A DNA stretch of 64,000 nucleotides, from contig JBBIOU010000015.1 in the NCBI GenBank assembly GCA_037443205.1, positions 9,800 to 73,799 on the forward strand, given 5' to 3'. The DNA is from Flavobacteriales bacterium (lineage in GTDB: Bacteria > Bacteroidota > Bacteroidia > Flavobacteriales_D > UBA2798). The notes below the pieces were generated by a model. That model did no database searches. It was not told the DNA's origin and saw only the letters and a program-made list of their open reading frames with translations. This document shows positions 58,087 through 64,000 of this stretch, one piece after another. A program made the position numbers and the translations under genes. Position 1 is the first letter of the stretch; each line of letters starts with the position of its first letter.

Positions 58087-59350
58087 TGGTTTTAAATCCG
58101 GTGTATTGATGTAATATTTCAGGGATATTTATTCCGTGAGGTGTTTGGTTGTTTTCCAGAATTGCCGCAATTACTCTGGGTAATGCCAGTGCGCTGCCGT
58201 TTAGGGTGTGGGCTAATTTTATTTTTCCATCTTTGTCTTTGTACCTAAGTTTGAGGCGATTTGCCTGAAAGGTTTCGAAATTGGAGGTAGAACTTACTTC
58301 GAGCCATTTTTGTTGTGCTGCGCTAAATACTTCAAAATCGTAAGTTAGTGCCGAGGTAAAACCCATATCGCCACCGCAAAGACGCATGATGCGGAAAGGT
58401 AATTCCAGTTTTATTAATAATTGCTTTACGTGTTCTACCATTGCATCCAGTGTTTGATAAGATTTATCGGGATGTTCTATTTGTACAATTTCTACCTTAT
58501 CGAATTGATGCAAACGATTCAGTCCGCGTACATCTTTGCCGTAGCTGCCTGCTTCTCTTCTAAAACAGGGTGTATAGCCGGTAATTTTTATGGGAAAATC
58601 TTCTTCTTTTAATACCACGTCTCTATACAGATTAGTAAGAGGCACCTCGGCTGTGGGTATCAAATACAGGTTGTCTTGGGTAATATGATACATTTGCCCT
58701 TCTTTATCGGGTAATTGACCGGTACCGTATCCGGATGCTTCGTTTACCAAATGCGGAGGCATGGTTTCTTCGTATCCGGCACGGGTAGCTTCATCTAAAA
58801 AAAAGTTAATCAGTGCGCGCTGTAATTTTGCGCCTTTGTTTCGATATACCGGAAAACCTGCTCCTGAAATTTTTACTCCCAGTTCAAAATCTATCAGATT
58901 GTATTTATGGGCTAATTCCCAATGTGGAACGGCATCTTTGTGTAAAACCGGTATTGCTCCGTGTTTATATACTTCCTGATTATCTTCGGCCGATTTACCT
59001 TGTGGCACAAGCTCGTGAGGAGTATTGGGTATGCTATAAAGCAATTGTTGCTGCTGATGTTCTAGTGATGATAATTTATCTTTTAATTCCTGGGTTGAAG
59101 ATTTAAGCAGGGATGTTTTTTCTTTGGCGGCTTCGGCTTCGGCTTTATTGCCTTGTTGCATAAGTTTTCCGATTTCTTTCGAAATACGGTTTAGCTCCGC
59201 CAATTGAGCATCCAGTTCATTTTGTGTTTTTCTGCGTTGTGCATCAATGTCTATTATATTATTTATTGTTTCTGTGTATAGACCATTGCGTTTGCTGAGT
59301 TTTTTTAAAACTTCGTCTTTTCTCTCTCTGAGTACCTGTATTTCGAGCAT
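58079..59350 (-). CDS. serS: Seryl-tRNA synthetase
   Basis: N-terminal coiled-coil arm and class II motifs (FRREAGSYGKDVRGLNRLHQFDKVE; GSALALPR). Confidence 0.9.
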   Translation of the reverse strand: MLEIQVLRERKDEVLKKLSKRNGLYTETINNIIDIDAQRRKTQNELDAQLAELNRISKEIGKLMQQGNKAEAEAAKEKTSLLKSSTQELKDKLSSLEHQQQQLLYSIPNTPHELVPQGKSAEDNQEVYKHGAIPVLHKDAVPHWELAHKYNLIDFELGVKISGAGFPVYRNKGAKLQRALINFFLDEATRAGYEETMPPHLVNEASGYGTGQLPDKEGQMYHITQDNLYLIPTAEVPLTNLYRDVVLKEEDFPIKITGYTPCFRREAGSYGKDVRGLNRLHQFDKVEIVQIEHPDKSYQTLDAMVEHVKQLLIKLELPFRIMRLCGGDMGFTSALTYDFEVFSAAQQKWLEVSSTSNFETFQANRLKLRYKDKDGKIKLAHTLNGSALALPRVIAAILENNQTPHGINIPEILHQYTGFKTIE

Positions 59351-59368
59351 TGTTGTTATTTTTTTGGT

Positions 59369-59403
59369 AAAAATAAAAAACCCTTTCTACATAGAAAGGG
59401 TTT
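59369..59403 (-). terminator. Intrinsic terminator downstream of rpmA
   Basis: On the minus strand, CCCUUUCU-augu-AGAAAGGG (8 bp) is followed by UUUUUUAUUUUU, 25 nt past the rpmA stop. Confidence 0.65.
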
Positions 59404-59427
59404 AAACCATGAAAACAAATGATTAGG

Positions 59428-59679
59428 CTATGCAATAACTGACACTATTGATTTGCCTTCTTTTTTCTTTTCAAATTTTACAACACCGTCTATCAAGGCA
59501 AATAAAGTGTGGTCTTTGCCCATACCTACATTTTTACCCGGATGGTGTTGTGTTCCTCTTTGGCGTACGATGATGTTGCCGGCAATAGCTTTTTGCCCGC
59601 CATATATTTTTACGCCTAAACGTTTAGATTCCGATTCGCGGCCGTTTTTTACTTTACCTTCGCCTTTCTTGTGTGCCAT
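59428..59679 (-). CDS. rpmA: 50S ribosomal protein L27
   Basis: [29 protein letters not shown]. Confidence 0.9.
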   Translation of the reverse strand: MAHKKGEGKVKNGRESESKRLGVKIYGGQKAIAGNIIVRQRGTQHHPGKNVGMGKDHTLFALIDGVVKFEKKKEGKSIVSVIA

Positions 59680-59711
59680 ATCTTATAATTTTTATTATAA
59701 ATTTCTAAAAA

Positions 59712-60023
59712 TTAAGCTTTTATGTTTTCAATTTGTATTTGTGTTAAATGCTGGCGATGACCATTTTTAACCTTATAACCTTTTCTTCTTTTCTTTTTAA
59801 ATACTATTATTTTATCGTCTTTCAGGTGTTTTAAAATTTTTCCGGTTACTTTAGCACCTGCGATGGCCGGTGCACCCACCTCAACTTTACCATCATTATC
59901 TAACAATAAAACACGGTCAAATTCTACACTATCGCCTTCCTGGCCCGCTAAACGGTGCACATAAAGGCGTTGATTTTTAGCTACTTTAAATTGCTGCCCG
60001 GCTATTTCAACTATTGCATACAT
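59712..60023 (-). CDS. rplU: 50S ribosomal protein L21
   Basis: MYAIVEIAGQQFKV from ATG 60023. The ORF-track start at 60056 lies inside the predicted promoter. Confidence 0.9.
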   Translation of the reverse strand: MYAIVEIAGQQFKVAKNQRLYVHRLAGQEGDSVEFDRVLLLDNDGKVEVGAPAIAGAKVTGKILKHLKDDKIIVFKKKRRKGYKVKNGHRQHLTQIQIENIKA

Positions 60024-60053
60024 GGTATTGCGTTTTTTGTTTTTAAAGGGCTG

Positions 60054-60061
60054 CAAAGGTA
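60054..60061 (-). promoter_or_regulatory. -7 box (TAnnTTTG) upstream of rplU
   Basis: The minus strand reads tacctttgcagccc, 31 nt upstream of ATG 60023. Confidence 0.45.
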
Positions 60062-60202
60062 TATATTCCTTTGATAAAAAACAAAATCTTATTTAGGATT
60101 TATTTTCAGAATTATGGATCTTCTTTCGCTTGTTAATTTAGCCAATAAATAAGCTGCTTATAACTATCTGAAATACAGTTTTTTAAATATTTTTTAATGC
60201 TA

Positions 60203-60757
60203 TTAAATTACAACTTTATATTTTTCGAAAAAGCTTTCCCAACTCCAGATAAAATTATTCATAATTTCATTCATTCGTTTTAGAAAAATGGGGTTGGGTG
60301 TATTAAGATTTCTAAAGTATTCAACCTGGTGTTTATTCAGGTCATACTTAAAAAAAACAGCTTTACTCATCGAATATAGTATGTTTTTTGAAGGATGATT
60401 CACACGGTTCATAAATTCACAATATTCCTTATACAGTTTAATAAAACTTTGTTTATCGGTATTAAAAACTTCTGCGCACTTTTCAAATATATCTTCGGTA
60501 AGTGGTTTTTCAAGTTCGGGTTCAAAGCTATCGCCTATCATTTTAATATTACCGGCTAATACCAGCATCAGGAAGTGTTCATAATCATGCGCTGACAGGC
60601 GGGGTTTGGTAACAAAGTCCGGATCGTTGTTAATTAGTTCGGCAACTTCGGGAAATCCTCTTTCTACAGATTCTACCAAAGAATTAACAAAAGCGCTTGC
60701 TAACTTTTGTTCGCTGATGCGTTTACGGGTGATAAAAGTGAGTAGTGCCATTTTCAA
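60203..60757 (-). CDS. Hypothetical cytoplasmic protein
   Basis: 184-aa open frame. No motif recognised. Confidence 0.45.
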   Translation of the reverse strand: MKMALLTFITRKRISEQKLASAFVNSLVESVERGFPEVAELINNDPDFVTKPRLSAHDYEHFLMLVLAGNIKMIGDSFEPELEKPLTEDIFEKCAEVFNTDKQSFIKLYKEYCEFMNRVNHPSKNILYSMSKAVFFKYDLNKHQVEYFRNLNTPNPIFLKRMNEIMNNFIWSWESFFEKYKVVI

Positions 60758-61024
60758 TGGAATGCTTTAACATTCATTGCATACAAAGTTACCTTAATTA
60801 TGCAGGGCATAAAAATATGACTACACGACTGTTATCAACAAAGTTATTAACTTGTTTTAATGTAAACCCAAATTAATCAATTATACGGCTCGTGCCTTGC
60901 CTGCTACTGATTAATCCGGGTTAAATATACTTCCATAATAGTCATAACCTGTCTTTAGAAAATATATGCTAAATAGAAAATGCAGGTAAATTAACGTCCA
61001 AAGACTCCGTTCATGGACGACTTT

Positions 61025-61048
61025 TGCCAATCATAAAACATATTGGCA
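61025..61048. promoter_or_regulatory. Inverted repeat TGCCAAT-N10-ATTGGCA, candidate operator upstream of RND operon
   Basis: Perfect 7-bp arms, immediately upstream of a near-consensus -7-like box cacttttg (61051-61058) and 51 nt from ATG 61099. Confidence 0.35.
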
Positions 61049-61098
61049 GTCACTTTTGTAAATACAATTATTTTAGCCCCCCGAAAATGATATAATAA

Positions 61099-62232
61099 AT
61101 GAAGACTCGCCAAATAATTATACTATGTCTAGTGTCATTGCTATTGTTTGTGTTTATAATAACACGATTAAGTAACAATGCAAAAAAATTTGATATCCCC
61201 GAAAAAGAGCAAACAACGGAACTAAACAAGTATGTTAAGGTTGCAAAAGTAAAAAATGACACGAACCATATTATTATTGAAGGAACCGGCAGAATAATAT
61301 CATCGCGTAAAATAGATGTTAGTGCCGAGGTTCAGGGGCAACTTATTAATACAGGTGTTACGCTTAAAGCAGGTACTGCTTTTAAACAAGGGCAAATTAT
61401 ATTTGGCATAAAAGATACTGAAGCCCGACTTGCCCTGCAGGCACGTAAAAGTATTTTTATGAACCTGGTTGCAAATATTTTACCTGACATTAAAATAGAT
61501 TTTTCCGAAAGCTATGATAAATGGAAAAATTTTTTTGAACAGATAGAACCCGAAAAAACACTTCCCGAAATACCAATTATTAATAACGTAAAAGAACGTA
61601 CATTTATTTCAGTTAAAAATATTTTTAGTGAATATTACACAATTCGTGCAGAAGAAGAAAGATTAAAAAAATATTTTTTTGTTGCTCCTTTTAATGGCTC
61701 TATTACCGATGTATATGCCGAAACAGGCGCAATAGTTAACCCCGGTACTCGCGTTGCTACCATCATAAAAACTGAAGAACTGGAAATGGAAATGGCCGTA
61801 GATGCCAACAACATAGCTTATGTTTCTAGTGGTATGCCGGTAAAATTATTTATCAATGGCTTAAATAAAAACTTAACCGGTAAAGTTATAAGAGTTGGCA
61901 ACCACATCAATACACAAACACAGTCTGTACCTGTATATATAAAAATTGACGACACAAAATCCATTAATCTTTATAACGGTATGTATTTATCAGCTCAAAT
62001 AAGTGCCGGTGTAATAAACAATTGCTTTAAATTGCCTCGCAGAGCATTAAATAGCAGAGATGTATTTTATGTTGAAGACAGTATCCTGAAAAAAACCACC
62101 ATTGATATTGTTTTTACAAGCTCTGAGCATGTATATGTAAAAGGATTGCAAGATAACACACTCATAGCCGTTGAGCCCATAGGCAGCAACATTGCATTAG
62201 GTAATAAAGTAACACCCGAATTAGTAAAATGA
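61099..62232 (+). CDS. RND efflux periplasmic adaptor (HlyD/MFP family)
   Basis: N-terminal TM anchor and a beta-barrel/lipoyl-like pattern (G.I.....V..G..V..GQ.L...D). Translationally coupled to the RND pump: ATG 62229 overlaps the stop. Confidence 0.75.
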   Translation: MKTRQIIILCLVSLLLFVFIITRLSNNAKKFDIPEKEQTTELNKYVKVAKVKNDTNHIIIEGTGRIISSRKIDVSAEVQGQLINTGVTLKAGTAFKQGQIIFGIKDTEARLALQARKSIFMNLVANILPDIKIDFSESYDKWKNFFEQIEPEKTLPEIPIINNVKERTFISVKNIFSEYYTIRAEEERLKKYFFVAPFNGSITDVYAETGAIVNPGTRVATIIKTEELEMEMAVDANNIAYVSSGMPVKLFINGLNKNLTGKVIRVGNHINTQTQSVPVYIKIDDTKSINLYNGMYLSAQISAGVINNCFKLPRRALNSRDVFYVEDSILKKTTIDIVFTSSEHVYVKGLQDNTLIAVEPIGSNIALGNKVTPELVK

Positions 62233-64000
62233 GAAAACTAATAGCATTTTTTATTCAAAATCCAATTTGGGGTAATGCCATAATTTTTTTAACGGCAATT
62301 TTCGGAATATTAAGTTTGCTTACCATGCGTTCGAGTTTCTTCCCCGAAATGGAACCGAAAACAATTTATGTAAATGTAGTATATCCGGGCGCATCACCCT
62401 TAGAAGTAGAAGAAGGAATTACTACAAAAATAGAGCAGGCACTGGAAGGAATAAAAGGAGTAAAAGAAATTACATCTACCTCTAACGAGAATTTAGCCAA
62501 TATACGCGTTGAAGGCTTAGAAGATGCCGATATGGACGACCTGCTTTCGGATGTGGAAAATGCCGTAAACAGCATCAGTAGTTTTCCGGCAGGTGCCGAA
62601 AAACCGGTTATCACTAAAGTAAAAACCAGCGGCATGTCGGGTACCGCGGCCTTTGTTTCATTGCTCGGACCTAACGATATTATGAAACTAAAGACAATAG
62701 CGGATGAAATAAAAGATGATTTATTAAATACCAAAGCAATCTCGCAAATTGAAGTATTCGGCTACCCGGCATTAGAATTTTCAATCGAAGTATCGGAAGA
62801 AAATTTATTGCGCTATAATTTACGTTTTGATCAGGTTGTAAACGCTATCAGAACCGGCAATATAGACTTAACCGGAGGCACAATAAAAACCAGCGAAGAA
62901 GAATATATTATACGATTACGGTCAAAAAAAAATACTGCACAAGAAATAAAAAACATTGTATTACGCGCTGCACCCGGAGGAGATATAATTACCATAGGTC
63001 AGGTTGCAGAAGTAAAATTTCAATTTAGCGAAACACCCAACTACTCCTTTTTAAACAATAAACGCAACATTACTTTTTTTATTAAAAAACTACCCGAAGA
63101 AGATTTAAGCAGCATTGCAAACGAAGTAAGAAAATATGTTAACGAGTTTAACCGGAAAAATAAAGAATATGAATTAAAAATACTATTTCAGTTCGAAGAT
63201 ATGCTTCAGGAACGCATAGATCTTTTGGTATCGAACGGCTGGATAGGATTAATTTTAGTATTGGTTTGTTTAGGTTTTTTCTTGAGTTTACGCTTATCAA
63301 CCTGGGTAGCATTTGGCATTCCCTTTTCATTTTTAGGAATGTTTGCATTTGGCGCTTTATACGGCATAACCATAAATATGATTTCACTGTTTGGGATGAT
63401 ATTGGTTGTGGGCATATTGGTAGATGACGGTATTGTTATTGCCGAAAACGTATATACACATTTTCAAAAAGGCAAATCGCCTATACGCGCAGCCTATGAT
63501 GGCACGGTAGAAGTAATGTCTTCTATTATAACTTCTGTATTAACAACCGTTGTTGCATTTGTATTATTGATGTTTGCCGGTGGAGAACTTAAAATGATGC
63601 GCGAAATGGCATTTTCGGTGTCGGCTTGTTTATTGTTTTCGATGGTAGAAGCATTTTTGGTGTTACCCTCACACCTGGCACACAGTTATGTTTTAAAACC
63701 GGTTAAAATAAACTGGTATCAGAAATTCAGAAATTTTACCGATAAAGTTTTAACATATTTAAGAGATGCTTATGCCTCTGTTTTAAAAACATCAGTTAAA
63801 TACTACCGCTTTTCTGTTTTTATTCCTCTGCTCTTTATTATTTTTATTATTGGCTTAATCGCTACAGGACTTATAAAACTTACATTTTTTCCGAATATTC
63901 CATTCGAAGACATTAAAATAGAAGTTGCATTTAAACCCGGAGAAAGAGAAGAAAAAACTGAAGCATTTTTAAGATATTGTCAGGAAAAAGTTTACGAAGT
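62229..64000 (+). CDS. RND efflux permease (AcrB/HAE1-like), 5' part; runs off the window
   Basis: Absent from the ORF track because there is no stop in the window. Hand translation: MRKLIAFFIQNPIWGNAIIFLTAIFGILSLLTMRSSFFPEMEPKTIYVNVVYPGASPLEVEEGITTKIEQAL...GMILVVGILVDDGIVIAENV. Confidence 0.85.
   Translation, partial: MRKLIAFFIQNPIWGNAIIFLTAIFGILSLLTMRSSFFPEMEPKTIYVNVVYPGASPLEVEEGITTKIEQALEGIKGVKEITSTSNENLANIRVEGLEDADMDDLLSDVENAVNSISSFPAGAEKPVITKVKTSGMSGTAAFVSLLGPNDIMKLKTIADEIKDDLLNTKAISQIEVFGYPALEFSIEVSEENLLRYNLRFDQVVNAIRTGNIDLTGGTIKTSEEEYIIRLRSKKNTAQEIKNIVLRAAPGGDIITIGQVAEVKFQFSETPNYSFLNNKRNITFFIKKLPEEDLSSIANEVRKYVNEFNRKNKEYELKILFQFEDMLQERIDLLVSNGWIGLILVLVCLGFFLSLRLSTWVAFGIPFSFLGMFAFGALYGITINMISLFGMILVVGILVDDGIVIAENVYTHFQKGKSPIRAAYDGTVEVMSSIITSVLTTVVAFVLLMFAGGELKMMREMAFSVSACLLFSMVEAFLVLPSHLAHSYVLKPVKINWYQKFRNFTDKVLTYLRDAYASVLKTSVKYYRFSVFIPLLFIIFIIGLIATGLIKLTFFPNIPFEDIKIEVAFKPGEREEKTEAFLRYCQEKVYE

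Noticed and set aside
62366-63415. Minus-strand ORFs 62366-62734, 63148-63387 and 63206-63415
   Set aside because: They are antisense to the RND permease gene (62229 to beyond 64000). The ORF track misses that gene because it has no stop in the window, but it translates cleanly with AcrB-family motifs.

Overview
AT-rich chromosomal segment that looks like Bacteroidota. The evidence is T9SS type-B C-terminal-domain cargo genes paired with PorP/SprF genes, TAnnTTTG '-7' promoter boxes 15-50 nt upstream of many starts, and no Shine-Dalgarno usage. Most of the window is densely packed housekeeping: hisG-hisD-hisC preceded by a leader-peptide attenuator, rpsP-rimM, rplU-rpmA, serS, rsmA, fabI, glmM, anmK, kynA, meaB, an acyl-CoA dehydrogenase and a CBS-domain cysteine/cystathionine synthase. 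It also holds envelope and surface functions: a TonB-dependent receptor, a YfhO-GT2 glycosylation cluster, an M23/LysM peptidase, a patatin/beta-barrel protein, RND efflux genes, and three T9SS adhesin-like cargo proteins with two PorP/SprF partners. I found no rRNA, tRNA, CRISPR array, transposase or integrase. The standout is a tightly coupled three-gene operon at 29395-33763. It encodes a short-armed SMC/MukB/JetC-like ABC ATPase, a ~400-aa all-helical kleisin-like protein and a ~175-aa MukE/MksE/JetB-like protein. The ATPase gene comes first, no Toprim/JetD-type nuclease or other effector is adjacent, and a copy of a ~143-bp structured intergenic repeat lies immediately upstream. This is my candidate for a novel condensin-like (Wadjet/Mks/ABC-3C-related) system. 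Other notable items are the Bacteroidota-style his attenuator, an apparent 1-nt frameshift splitting a ~1450-aa SprB-repeat adhesin gene, and small dispersed hairpin repeats sharing AAACCCAAATT. All homology calls come from reading motifs by eye; no searches were run.
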